From Parcubacteria group bacterium (GTDB lineage Bacteria > Patescibacteriota > Minisyncoccia > Phycocordibacterales > Phycocordibacteraceae): a DNA stretch of 64,000 bases. Of this stretch, positions 48,216-57,507 are shown in pieces. The stretch covers positions 211,800 to 275,799 of the forward strand of contig JAQBRG010000003.1 in assembly GCA_028286615.1 (NCBI GenBank), in the 5' to 3' direction. The translations under genes and the position numbers were made by a program. A model generated the notes under the pieces. The model did no database searches, was not told the DNA's origin, and saw nothing but the letters and a program-made list of their open reading frames with translations. Each line of letters starts with the position of its first letter. The first letter of the stretch is position 1.

Positions 48216-50015
48216 TTACCTAGACTGATTAAGAACTTTGTCCAAAAAAGAAACTACTTTCGGATATGCATCTAGCCGATTCTTAAGTTTAGCCAATCCG
48301 TGACCCTCATCCTCATACACAAGGAGTTCAACTTCCCTCCCAAGCTCCTTGAGCTTTGCAACGACTTGCTCGGCTTCTGAAAGCGGGACACGAGGATCAT
48401 TTGCGCCATGAATCACGAACAGAGGAGCAAGTATCTTTTCGACAGAGTTAAATGGTGAGATTCTCTCAAGAAGCTCGCGGTCACTCTCCAATGAGCCGTA
48501 TTCAGCTTCTCGTAATGCCCTGCGGTAAGAGGCTGTATTCTCAAGGAATGTTACAAAGTTACCAATACCTACAATATCGATAGCTGCTGCCCAGAGTTCC
48601 GGATAGAACGCCAGACCAGCCAGTACCATAAAGCCGCCGTAGCTACCACCCATGAGTACAATTTTCTCTATATCTACTTCAGGCACAGTCTTCAGATGCT
48701 CTCGGAGCGACACAATGTCTTTAACTGAATCCATGCGCTTCTCCACATCGTCGAGTGCCATGTATGTCTTTCCATATCCTGAACTTCCTCGCACATTAGG
48801 CGCAACGACAATATACCCGCTGTAGACGAAGTACTGAGTAATTGAGGCTAGGCCAGGTTGATACTGGTTTTCCGGACCGCCATGAATATTAATGATCACC
48901 GGAAGCTTGTTGTCTTTTGAAATGTCCTTTGGACGATATACAAATGCTGGTACTGAAAGCCCGTCAAATGATTCATAGCGAATCAGCTCCGGCTCAACCA
49001 TAACCTCAGGAGGTACAGCTTGAGGACTGTGTGTTATTTGGCGGCATTCTCCATTCTCAAACTCCATTACCCACACATTAGTAGCGTGACGTGAATCACC
49101 AATGGAAAGTGCTAGCTTCGTGCCATCTTGTGAGAAATGGGTAGTAGTTATATTCCCTGCAGGAAGACTGTATGAAAGCTCTTTGAGTGTTCTGGGGTCA
49201 TAGAACTTTGCCTTATTGTAGCCGTCTTCGTTTACAATAACCGCCAATCTCTTGGCTTCGTTATCAATTGCTAGACCATCTATATCCCATTCGGGCGTTA
49301 GGAGGTATTCGGTACTTTTGTCCGCGAGTGTGTATCTAGCAAGTCCTAGAAATTCTCTGTCTTTGTCTTGTGTAAATAAGAATGCCGATTCGTCAGGTAG
49401 CCATCGAGGATCCATGTGCAGAACATTACCTTCATGGGGTGTTATATGTTCAACTTCGCTTGAAGCTACGTTACACAGATATGCGTCGTTATTGAAATTC
49501 GAATGCTGTTGCGCTGCTATGACGTAGGTGCCGTTAGGCGAGAAGCCGGTTGCTGCACACCAACCTCCTCCATCAAATATGCATTTCTTTTCGAGCGAAT
49601 CAATATCCATAACGTACACGTCAAAGTCCTTGCCGTTGCGTTCTGTTGAGGCAAAGCAAATTTTCTTACCGTCTCTCGACCAAGCACCGAAATCATGGCG
49701 GGCCTCTGGTTGTTTTGTAATATCCGCAATCTCTCGAGTTTCGAGATTTAGAATGAAGAATTGTGTCTGCTCATTTCCTCCCACACTCTTACCAAAAATT
49801 ATCTTGTTCTCGATTGGAGAGAATTGAGCAAAATCAATTGAGTCTGGATAGTCGGTGAGTTGCTCCGCGCCCATCCCATCTGAGGACATAAGGTGCACCT
49901 GGGTAGTTCCCGTTATGGTACTGAGATAGGCAACCATAGAGCCATCGGGACTAAAAGACGGAGAACCTGCTGCCTTAACTTCCAAGAAGTCTTGAATGGA
50001 ATACTCTTTCTTCAT
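48216..50015 (-). CDS. S9 family serine peptidase (beta-propeller + alpha/beta-hydrolase; acylaminoacyl-peptidase/DPP-like)
   Basis: N-terminal propeller repeats. C-terminal GGSYGG nucleophile elbow, with Asp and His downstream (HGANDPRV). Confidence 0.85.
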   Translation of the reverse strand: MKKEYSIQDFLEVKAAGSPSFSPDGSMVAYLSTITGTTQVHLMSSDGMGAEQLTDYPDSIDFAQFSPIENKIIFGKSVGGNEQTQFFILNLETREIADITKQPEARHDFGAWSRDGKKICFASTERNGKDFDVYVMDIDSLEKKCIFDGGGWCAATGFSPNGTYVIAAQQHSNFNNDAYLCNVASSEVEHITPHEGNVLHMDPRWLPDESAFLFTQDKDREFLGLARYTLADKSTEYLLTPEWDIDGLAIDNEAKRLAVIVNEDGYNKAKFYDPRTLKELSYSLPAGNITTTHFSQDGTKLALSIGDSRHATNVWVMEFENGECRQITHSPQAVPPEVMVEPELIRYESFDGLSVPAFVYRPKDISKDNKLPVIINIHGGPENQYQPGLASITQYFVYSGYIVVAPNVRGSSGYGKTYMALDDVEKRMDSVKDIVSLREHLKTVPEVDIEKIVLMGGSYGGFMVLAGLAFYPELWAAAIDIVGIGNFVTFLENTASYRRALREAEYGSLESDRELLERISPFNSVEKILAPLFVIHGANDPRVPLSEAEQVVAKLKELGREVELLVYEDEGHGLAKLKNRLDAYPKVVSFLDKVLNQSR

Positions 50016-50117
50016 ATCTCGAGTATATCGTTATTTCCTTAATAGAATAGATATGTGCTTATTGGTGTATTTCGTGCTGCAGTACCCCAGAGTAGGGCAC
50101 GGAATCTGGTTTGTTAA

Positions 50118-50726
50118 TTAACTCGTACTTGTCTTGAGTGCTCCTACAGGTTCGTAGGTTGCGACAATAACACCGGTACTAGATATATTTGAGTCAACGA
50201 GTTTGAAGTTCTCGGCTTGCGTTCCTTCTGCAAGAAGTCGTTTGCCTGTACCGATGGTGATGGGATAGATCCACAATTGCATGCGATCAATCAGATGTTC
50301 TTTGAGCAACGTCTGAATAAGGTTGCCGCTGCCCCACACCCACAAATCCGGACCGTCCTGTTCTTTCAGCTTCTTAAGCTCTGCCACCACGTCTCCTGTT
50401 ATACAGAAAGAGTTTTGCCACGTGGGCTCAAATGATTTGTGTGTTACCACGTACTTCTTTGTGCTGTTAAATGGATTCGCAACTTCAAGGTCTGTCTTTG
50501 CATTAGGCCAGTACGAAGCAAAGATATCGTAGGTTGTTTTTCCAAGCAGAAGCTCGAACGGACTGCTCATAATTTCATTTAATTTAGCGTCCAGCATCTG
50601 GTCTGAAGGAAACGATAACTGCCAGCCACCGTATGGAAATCCATCTGTCTTATCCTCCTCAGGGCCTCCCGGAGCCTGCATCACACCGTCGAGCGTAACG
50701 AATGTTGTGGTGATTATTTTTCTCAT
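50118..50726 (-). CDS. Dihydrofolate-reductase-like RibD C-terminal domain protein (copy 1)
   Basis: MRKIITTTFVTLDGVMQAPGGPEED...GSGNLIQTLL matches RibD_C/YwjB-like proteins. Confidence 0.7.
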   Translation of the reverse strand: MRKIITTTFVTLDGVMQAPGGPEEDKTDGFPYGGWQLSFPSDQMLDAKLNEIMSSPFELLLGKTTYDIFASYWPNAKTDLEVANPFNSTKKYVVTHKSFEPTWQNSFCITGDVVAELKKLKEQDGPDLWVWGSGNLIQTLLKEHLIDRMQLWIYPITIGTGKRLLAEGTQAENFKLVDSNISSTGVIVATYEPVGALKTSTS

Positions 50727-50860
50727 GGGAAGATTATAACAAATCGTATCTAAGTGTCGTCCGGGGTTTGGTGCGGTTCCTAAAGCCTCAGCGCTTGACT
50801 TACAGCATTTATAGTATTAAATGATATATAACGTTCACTGGTCTTATACAGGAGATACAG

Positions 50861-51244
50861 ATGCCCAAGGTGACGATGTTCATTCAAGCAGGAGAAATGA
50901 CAAAAGATTTTCTGCTCAAGTTTCCTATCGAAAAAGCGTCTCTGGCTATCCGTCAGATGGTCGCCGATGCGGCGAGCACCGAGGGTTGTATCTTCGGTGT
51001 CGAAGATGTGGACTTTTTGCCCACTTTCTATCCAGCCGGCACAAAGGTCTCGGAACTCATCTCAATTGAGATCGAGACAATCGGTTATCCCGAACGCAAG
51101 GCGAAACTAACGGAAAGCGCCGTGCGCCAACTCAAGCTGGCCTTCCTGCAGATTCTAGCTGAGGATCCAGCCGGCATTACGCTCGATCCAGATAAACCGC
51201 TTGTCTGGCTCAAGTTTCAAGATCCAGACGGCCATCATATCTAG
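50861..51244 (+). CDS. Hypothetical protein, possibly tautomerase-superfamily (Met-Pro N-terminus), in a small GC3-rich islet
   Basis: Begins MPKVTMFIQAG. Two beta-alpha-beta-like halves. The codon bias differs from its neighbours. Lone plus-strand gene with its own terminator. Confidence 0.35.
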   Translation: MPKVTMFIQAGEMTKDFLLKFPIEKASLAIRQMVADAASTEGCIFGVEDVDFLPTFYPAGTKVSELISIEIETIGYPERKAKLTESAVRQLKLAFLQILAEDPAGITLDPDKPLVWLKFQDPDGHHI

Positions 51245-51267
51245 CCGCCGCTCGGCGAAACGAAATT

Positions 51268-51307
51268 TAGCCCCTTCGTCTCGTGCGAAGGGGCGGTTTT
51301 CTTTTTA
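51268..51307 (+). terminator. Rho-independent terminator
   Basis: GCCCCTTCGtctcgtgCGAAGGGGCGGTTTTCTTTTT. Confidence 0.8.
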
Positions 51308-51327
51308 TAAAGTTACAAGCTAGATGT

Positions 51328-51936
51328 CTAAATTTGTGGGCGCTCGTTAATATAACGCAAAAGCGGATTCGTTGATGTCTCTCTGCTGTGGCAGATTCGT
51401 CGACAAATACGTACTAAGCCAATAAACACTACGTAGCCGATTGTGACACCCAGAGTATTGAATATCACGTCATTAACGTCAGCAACACGGAACGTCATAT
51501 TTGCTACGAGTCCGGATATGAACTGCAGAACCTCAATACCGATACTAAGCAGCATTCCTATTTGAACCACATTTTTCATTCGAAGATCCGTAATAAACGG
51601 AAGCCCAAAGCCAAAAGGAACCATTAGCAGAATGTTTAGAAGCGATGTCTTCACATCCCCTAGCGTGAGCGTGACGAGTGGAATGAGGTTCATACTTTCT
51701 CCTGCCGCTTGTCCTTGCAACATAAGGCCAGGCACAAAATACTTTAGAAACAGTAGCGACTGGAATTGAAATAGCGTGTAATCAAGGACCTTAAAAAGAT
51801 AGGCGTAAAATATAGAGAGGAACAGTAGATATACGAGGCTTTTCTTTTTCTTCAGACGATGAAGTGCGACAAGGCTGATCCAAATTAAACCAAAAAGAAG
51901 AATGATTAACAATTTAAAATACAGTATGAATTCCAT
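51328..51936 (-). CDS. VanZ-like family membrane protein
   Basis: NLIPLV...PFGFGLP...SIGIEVLQF...DVNDVIFNTLG matches the VanZ family pattern. Confidence 0.7.
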   Translation of the reverse strand: MEFILYFKLLIILLFGLIWISLVALHRLKKKKSLVYLLFLSIFYAYLFKVLDYTLFQFQSLLFLKYFVPGLMLQGQAAGESMNLIPLVTLTLGDVKTSLLNILLMVPFGFGLPFITDLRMKNVVQIGMLLSIGIEVLQFISGLVANMTFRVADVNDVIFNTLGVTIGYVVFIGLVRICRRICHSRETSTNPLLRYINERPQI

Positions 51937-51943
51937 AAGAAAA

Positions 51944-52441
51944 TTATATCTGTGCCTTCAGTCCCTCAATATCTTTAAAGTCTGACTCACGCTGCCACAC
52001 AAGCATTTCTTTGTTCTTAATAATAAGCTTCTTGGATAGAAGTGGTAGCTTAAAGTCTTGAAACTCTCCTATCTCTACATCAGGGAAACCATCTTTATAG
52101 AAATTCTCGTACTTCCCTGTTTCTTTTATAAAGATACTCATCTCTGCCATGGGACAAATATCGAGAATCTCCATAACTTCGACATTGTAGTTGTCATAGT
52201 TCTGATCCACGAAGTGCTCTAGTGGACTCGTTATGTTTGGCTCGACAAGCTTCAGGAATTCCTCAAAGACCGGATCGTCTTTTGATACCTCAATGTCTAT
52301 ATCAATATCTGTTATGTTCCGAGGAACACCGTATACGTAACAAGCGAAACCACCAGTGATACACCACCGTAGCTTTAGCTGTTCTAGAATCGGGATGATA
52401 TAAGCGAGTGCGTCGTATGCCTTTTGCTGTTCAGGTGTCAT
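51944..52441 (-). CDS. Nucleotidyltransferase of the Lnu(A)/ANT(2'') fold (putative lincosamide/aminoglycoside nucleotidyltransferase-like)
   Basis: WCITGGFACYVYGVPRNITDIDIDIEV parallels LinA WLDGGWGVDVLTGKQQREHRDIDIDFD. It is about 165 aa, as for LinA. Confidence 0.6.
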   Translation of the reverse strand: MTPEQQKAYDALAYIIPILEQLKLRWCITGGFACYVYGVPRNITDIDIDIEVSKDDPVFEEFLKLVEPNITSPLEHFVDQNYDNYNVEVMEILDICPMAEMSIFIKETGKYENFYKDGFPDVEIGEFQDFKLPLLSKKLIIKNKEMLVWQRESDFKDIEGLKAQI

Positions 52442-52758
52442 ACAATCTCGATAGGATAGACGTCAGTGGCCGGCTCTTCGTACGGATGATTCTCTCGAAT
52501 GGCCTTCATAACTGCTTCCAGATTATTTGCAGAACAGACAGTCTCAATGCGATCTTCAGGGACTTCCTCGAGTCTGCCTACTTCTCCGATGGTAGGATTC
52601 GCTCCCTGTTCGGGTTTAAATCGGCCAGTACCTTTAAGTGTAAAAGTACAATGAGAGTAGTTTCCTATCTTTCCCGCTCCCGCATTCCCCATTGCTTCGC
52701 GAAGCTTTTCCGCATTTTCTTCTGGGACGTAGACAACTATCTTGTATTTCTTTTCCAT
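52438..52758 (-). CDS. Small PII/Nif3-C-terminal-like protein (COG3323-like), function unknown
   Basis: KIVVYVPEENAEKLREAMGNAGAGKIGNYSHCTF...HPYEEPATDVYPI matches this conserved small-protein family. Confidence 0.55.
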   Translation of the reverse strand: MEKKYKIVVYVPEENAEKLREAMGNAGAGKIGNYSHCTFTLKGTGRFKPEQGANPTIGEVGRLEEVPEDRIETVCSANNLEAVMKAIRENHPYEEPATDVYPIEIV

Positions 52759-52765
52759 ACCAGCC

Positions 52766-53155
52766 TTAGGTTTCCATTACTTTCTTAAGGTTATCCAGAA
52801 TCTCTTGCATAAAGGGCGCGTGCAGTTGGCCTGATTCACTCCATTCGTAATACTCAAGTACTGTCTCGTTTTCTGAAACTGGAGTATAGGTATAACGAAC
52901 TTTATAATCCTGACGGGTCGCATCTAATTGGAAGACTTTAGGAGATTCGTATTGAGTAACTTTGTACTCATTTATGTTTCCTGCAGCGTCCCAGTTTTGA
53001 TATATTGTTCCGATTTCAGGAGGATAGGAATCTGCTTTCTCTCCCTCGACTGAATCAATCCACTTCGCAGTATTTGCCGGATTCGTTGTAAATTCAAAAA
53101 CCTCGCGAACCGGCTTATTAATCTTGACCGTAAGTTTAAGGTCTTTCATGAGCAA
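52766..53155 (-). CDS. SRPBCC-superfamily protein (polyketide cyclase/AHSA1-like)
   Basis: 129 aa. The LTVKINKPVREVFEFTTNPANTAKW start is SRPBCC-like. Confidence 0.6.
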   Translation of the reverse strand: MLMKDLKLTVKINKPVREVFEFTTNPANTAKWIDSVEGEKADSYPPEIGTIYQNWDAAGNINEYKVTQYESPKVFQLDATRQDYKVRYTYTPVSENETVLEYYEWSESGQLHAPFMQEILDNLKKVMET

Positions 53156-53222
53156 ATTATAACTCCAAATCAGAGAATCGGCTTTTTTAAGGTTTCCTGT
53201 AGTTAGCTGACCAGGAGATGCA

Positions 53223-53660
53223 TTACTCCCATTTTATAACCTCAGCCAATCTATCGAAGCAAGCACTCCACGCATCAAACGTTGACTTGTCGTACGAGTC
53301 TTCAGGCGGGATAGAAGTAAGAGTTATCTTCGTTTGTTCGCCAACCTCCTCAAATACAATTTTGAACCCCGCTGCTACACCTGCAGGGTCTTCGCTCTGG
53401 GAGAAATCTAAGACCTTGAAGGAGAGTTCCTTTAGAGGCTCAACCGTTATATACGTTCCCGTGTATTCTCCTGAGTCTTTATCATTGGGATCAGCGAATC
53501 GGAAATGACCACCTGGTCGCGCATCAAGCTCGCGCACCTCTACAATTACTCCTGGCGCAAACCACTGTGCGATTTGTTCAGGTGTAGTCCATGCTTTCCA
53601 AATGAGTTCGCATGGAGCATCGAAAACATGTGTGACGACTAATTCATTAGTATTCTCCAT
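53223..53660 (-). CDS. SRPBCC-superfamily protein, Aha1-domain-like
   Basis: ATG at 53660 (MENTNEL). VVTHVFDAPCELIWKAWTTPEQIAQWFAP is an AHSA1-like start. Confidence 0.65.
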   Translation of the reverse strand: MENTNELVVTHVFDAPCELIWKAWTTPEQIAQWFAPGVIVEVRELDARPGGHFRFADPNDKDSGEYTGTYITVEPLKELSFKVLDFSQSEDPAGVAAGFKIVFEEVGEQTKITLTSIPPEDSYDKSTFDAWSACFDRLAEVIKWE

Positions 53661-53665
53661 ATTCC

Positions 53666-54235
53666 TTAACGGACAACAGCATAGTGAAGACATAGTACCC
53701 CGCTGTCTAATGTCTCTGACGACAGAAGTTTAAGCGGAATCTTTTCCTCAATGCTTCGTATAAAACTCTTTCCCTTCCCAAGGATGACTGGACTTACAGT
53801 GAATTGAAACTCGTCAATAAGATTATGCTCCATGAGCGAAGTGGCGAGCGTTATGCTGCCAAAGATAACCAGGTCCTTCCCTTCTTCTTGTTTTAGCTTT
53901 GAAATCTCTTCAACAACATTCTCACGTATTACTCTGGTGTTATTCCAGTCTTGATCGGGGAGGGTTGTTGAAACTACAATCTTCTCTACGTTTTCTATCC
54001 ATGCAGCATGCTCTTTATCATGCTTCGAAGCTGATGGATCATTAAGCAGCGTCGGCCAGTATGATTTCATCATCTCGTACGTAACACGGCCGTATACGGG
54101 CGAACCTACCGTGCCAACTAATTTCTCAGCATACTTTTCAAGCGACTCATCATAGGTTATCCAATCAAGACCGCCATCTTCTGCGGCACTAAATCCATCG
54201 AACGATAGGTGTAGAAAGAGTACTAGGTTTCTCAT
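53666..54235 (-). CDS. Dihydrofolate-reductase-like RibD C-terminal domain protein (copy 2)
   Basis: MRNLVLFLHLSFDGFSAAEDGGLDW...LVIFGSITLATSL. Paralogous to 50118-50726. Confidence 0.7.
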   Translation of the reverse strand: MRNLVLFLHLSFDGFSAAEDGGLDWITYDESLEKYAEKLVGTVGSPVYGRVTYEMMKSYWPTLLNDPSASKHDKEHAAWIENVEKIVVSTTLPDQDWNNTRVIRENVVEEISKLKQEEGKDLVIFGSITLATSLMEHNLIDEFQFTVSPVILGKGKSFIRSIEEKIPLKLLSSETLDSGVLCLHYAVVR

Positions 54236-54316
54236 GGCTAAAGTATAGCAATTTCAACGGCATTATAATCATTTCCTAAACCCACCATGGTGAGATTTTA
54301 GAGCTTCAAAGTCTGT

Positions 54317-55141
54317 TTATTTCTGTTTAAGAAGAGAAATACAGAAGAAGGCGATGAGGATAAGGACGATTGTCCCGCCCGCCGATAGATTCAGGTAGAA
54401 CGAAAGTACAATGCCGGACAAGACCGAAAAGACGGAGATGAGTTCTGCAACGATAATAGTCTTCTTGAAGCTCTGCTTGAACTGAAGCGCGGTCAGCACC
54501 GGAATGACAATGAGCGCTGCAACAAGTAAAGCGCCGACTATGGGTATCGAGATAGAGACCGTGAGGCCAGCGAGAACAACAAGTAGAAGATTAATGAATT
54601 TGGCCGGAATGCCAGCTACTTGAGCGGCTTCCTCATCAAAGCTTATGAACACGAGTTCTTTGTAGGTGAAGTAAACGGCGGCAAGCACGACAAGACCGAC
54701 TCCTGCTATGAGATATAGATCACTTTGTCCAACAGTCACAAGACTCCCGAAGAGGTAGCTGAAGAGATTTACGGAGAATCCGTGAGCGATGGAAAGCAAA
54801 GTAAGTGCGACCGCAAGACTGCCGGAAAGAAATACGGAAAGCGCGGCGTCGCTGTAGACGCGACGGGAAAGGCGTAGTCGCTCGATGAATAAGGATGCGA
54901 TGGCTGACACGCCGAATGCAGTAATGAGCGGGTTGATCTTCAAGAGAAGTCCGAATGCAATTCCTGCGAGCGAAACATGTGCAAGTGTATCAGCTATCAG
55001 AGAGTAGCGGCGAAGCACAAGGAATATGCCAATGAGCGGGGCGATGACCGCGATGACTGCACCTGCCTCGAATGCTCGCACTATGAAGCTGTACCCGAAG
55101 ATGGACAACATACTAGTGGTGGGAGTCCATGTGTCGTTCAC
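54317..55141 (-). CDS. znuB: Metal (Zn/Mn) ABC transporter permease
   Basis: ABC-3 family polytopic permease, in an operon with the ATPase and SBP genes. Confidence 0.85.
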   Translation of the reverse strand: MNDTWTPTTSMLSIFGYSFIVRAFEAGAVIAVIAPLIGIFLVLRRYSLIADTLAHVSLAGIAFGLLLKINPLITAFGVSAIASLFIERLRLSRRVYSDAALSVFLSGSLAVALTLLSIAHGFSVNLFSYLFGSLVTVGQSDLYLIAGVGLVVLAAVYFTYKELVFISFDEEAAQVAGIPAKFINLLLVVLAGLTVSISIPIVGALLVAALIVIPVLTALQFKQSFKKTIIVAELISVFSVLSGIVLSFYLNLSAGGTIVLILIAFFCISLLKQK

Positions 55142-55841
55142 GCGCTACTGCCTCGTATGGATCGCTGTAGTAACGAAGGTTCTTCTCCATGACAGCAACG
55201 CAGCTCGCCTCCCGCGCTATTCGCTCCAAATCGTGAGAAACGAGAATGAGCGTCATGCCTTGTTCTTTGTTCAGGCGCGCGAGAAGCGCGTAGAACTGTT
55301 CCTCGGATTCATGATCGACGCCGGTAGTCGGCTCGTCAAGTACGATGATTTCCGGCTCACTCGTAAGAGCGCGTGCAAGGAAGACGCGCTGCTTCTGGCC
55401 GCCTGAGAGGTCGCTAATACGACGATTTAAATAGTCTCCCATTCCGACTTGGGTGAGCGCTTCCTTGGCTTTGATACGATCTTTGCTCGCTGTACCTCGA
55501 AAGAGACCTCGGCGAGCATAGCGACCCATCATGACGACTTCCTCGACTGTTGCCGGAAATAGCGAATCGAAACCTGTTGCTTGCTGAGATACATAGCCGA
55601 TTCGATACCACTCGCGAAAGCGAGAGATGTCCTTGCCGAGGATTGAAACAGTACCTCGTTCTGGCGTGAGCTGGCGAAGCATCAGCTTCAGGAGCGTCGT
55701 CTTACCCCCACCGTTAGGACCGATGAGGCCGAGATAATCGCCCTTGCACACAGAAAGACTCACGTCCTCAATAACGTCAGTCTTTCCGTCGTACGAGAAC
55801 GAGAGGTTTTCTACGAAAACGATTGGTTGCGAATTGCTCAC
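55113..55841 (-). CDS. znuC: Metal ABC transporter ATP-binding protein
   Basis: Walker A GPNGGGKTT, the LSGGQKQR signature and Walker B ILDEP. Confidence 0.9.
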   Translation of the reverse strand: MSNSQPIVFVENLSFSYDGKTDVIEDVSLSVCKGDYLGLIGPNGGGKTTLLKLMLRQLTPERGTVSILGKDISRFREWYRIGYVSQQATGFDSLFPATVEEVVMMGRYARRGLFRGTASKDRIKAKEALTQVGMGDYLNRRISDLSGGQKQRVFLARALTSEPEIIVLDEPTTGVDHESEEQFYALLARLNKEQGMTLILVSHDLERIAREASCVAVMEKNLRYYSDPYEAVARERHMDSHH

Positions 55842-55844
55842 ACC

Positions 55845-56780
55845 TTACATTCTAGCGCCACCCTTGCACTCCAGCGCTGTCTTGAGGTTCTGAAGATTGC
55901 TGCGCATGACGCTGAAGTAATTGTCTCCGTCCGCCATGTCCTCGTCGCTGATGCCTTCAATAGGGTCGAGTACCATCGTCTGCGCCCCGATCTCAGTGGC
56001 GATGGTCTGCGAAAGTTTTGGGCTTACAAGGCTCTCGAAGAAGATATATTTGACCTTGTTCGTTCGAGCGAAGTCAGCAACCTTGGCAAGCTGTGCAGAG
56101 GATGGTTCCTCGTCAGGCGAGAGTCCAGAAATAGCCACCTGGTTGAGACCGTAGTGCTCGGAAAGGTATGCAAAAGCCGCATGTGACGTGACAATGTTCT
56201 TACTCGTGCATTGCGCTAGACCTGCTTTATATTCACCATCCAGCTGATCAAACTTCGCGTCGAGTGTTTGTTCGTTCTGTGCATAATAGCTGGCATTCGC
56301 CGGGTCAGCTTTCGCTAGTCCCTGCGCGATAGTGTGCGCCTCCTGTTTTGCAAGAATTGGGTCAAGCCAAATGTGTGGATCACTCATTGTTTCGCCTTCC
56401 TCGGTTATCTGCTTAGAAAGAAGTCCTTCACCGGCAGTAATGACCATGACCTTCGATCCGGCGAGCACGCTCTTTTCTTTATCGCCCCATGCCTCAACGC
56501 TACCGTTGAGTACGAGCACATCTGCACCTTCGATACGAGCCACGTCCTGTGTAGATGGCTCGTAGTCATGCGGCTCTGCTCCAACTGGAGTTATGTTTGT
56601 GACGCTCACTTTGTCCCCACCGATCTGACTCGCAAAGAAATACATCGGGTAGAACGAGGCGACGACCTGAATCTTTCCGCTGGTATCCATCAGCGACGGC
56701 TTGTTCTTAAAGGCGAGGAAGCCGACTGCACCGATGACAATGACGACAAGGATAATAGCTGCTAGTTGCTGTTTGCTCAT
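55845..56780 (-). CDS. znuA: Metal ABC transporter substrate-binding protein (TroA/ZnuA family)
   Basis: Signal anchor, and the conserved His ligands of the ZnuA/TroA fold (EPHDYEPS, DPHIWLD). Confidence 0.85.
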   Translation of the reverse strand: MSKQQLAAIILVVIVIGAVGFLAFKNKPSLMDTSGKIQVVASFYPMYFFASQIGGDKVSVTNITPVGAEPHDYEPSTQDVARIEGADVLVLNGSVEAWGDKEKSVLAGSKVMVITAGEGLLSKQITEEGETMSDPHIWLDPILAKQEAHTIAQGLAKADPANASYYAQNEQTLDAKFDQLDGEYKAGLAQCTSKNIVTSHAAFAYLSEHYGLNQVAISGLSPDEEPSSAQLAKVADFARTNKVKYIFFESLVSPKLSQTIATEIGAQTMVLDPIEGISDEDMADGDNYFSVMRSNLQNLKTALECKGGARM

Positions 56781-56821
56781 AAATACGGGTTAAGCGGTTA
56801 TTAGAGTCAATGTATAGTAAA

Positions 56822-56836
56822 TGCAATAATGTTGCA
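56822..56836. promoter_or_regulatory. Putative Zur/Fur-type 7-1-7 palindromic operator in the znuA-zur divergent promoter region
   Basis: TGCAATAaTGTTGCA, with 6 of 7 symmetric positions matching. A related TTGTAATTGCAAGT element lies at 56871-56885. Confidence 0.4.
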
Positions 56837-56911
56837 AGTACTGAAAGGGCCTCTGGTGGATTGCTTATTATTGTAATTGCAAGTCTTTTGCATTTGTATT
56901 ATTCTGTGGAC

Positions 56912-57343
56912 ATGATTAAACAGAATGAGGAATCGGAATATGCAGACCTTCTCCGACAAGCGGGGCTCCGCGCTACTCCGGGCCGCATATTGCTCCTCAA
57001 ATTACTTGAGCAGGAGCCGAAGCCGCTTACGGTGTATCAGATAGAAAAGAAACTTCACGGCAAGGTAAATCAAGTCACAATCTATCGTTCCCTCGATGCC
57101 TTATATAAGGTGCAAATTGTTAAGCGCGTGAACCTTGAACATGACCACGCGCACTTTGAGCTGGCGGCAGGACGAGAACACCATCATCACGCTGTCTGTC
57201 GTAACTGTGGGCATGTCGAGAACATAGAAGTACCTCACGCTCCCAAGCCGGAAGAAGAGGCGTTGAAACGCTCTAAGAGTTTTTCTATACTGGATAGCTA
57301 TTCTCTTGAATTCTTTGGAGTTTGTATTAGATGTTCTAAATAG
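56912..57343 (+). CDS. zur: Fur-family transcriptional regulator (Zur-like)
   Basis: ATG at 56912. DNA-binding LRATPGRILLLKLL... and the metal site HHHAVCRNCGHV...C(x2)C. Divergent from znuABC. Confidence 0.85.
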   Translation: MIKQNEESEYADLLRQAGLRATPGRILLLKLLEQEPKPLTVYQIEKKLHGKVNQVTIYRSLDALYKVQIVKRVNLEHDHAHFELAAGREHHHHAVCRNCGHVENIEVPHAPKPEEEALKRSKSFSILDSYSLEFFGVCIRCSK

Positions 57344-57347
57344 AAAT

Positions 57348-57382
57348 CAAAAGGCCACCGAGTATCGGCGGCCTTTAATTTG
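57348..57382. terminator. Bidirectional rho-independent terminator
   Basis: AAAAGGCCACCGagtatCGGCGGCCTTTAATTT. Confidence 0.75.
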
Positions 57383-57507
57383 AATACGGCTCTCAACTGG
57401 TATGTCTTTTCTGGATGGAGAAACTTTCCTCAGGTTACCGATGCGTCTCGAGCGTAATTCCCTAGCGCGAGTTGGCTGGGAGCCGGGAACGACGTTGGAA
57501 TCTATGT

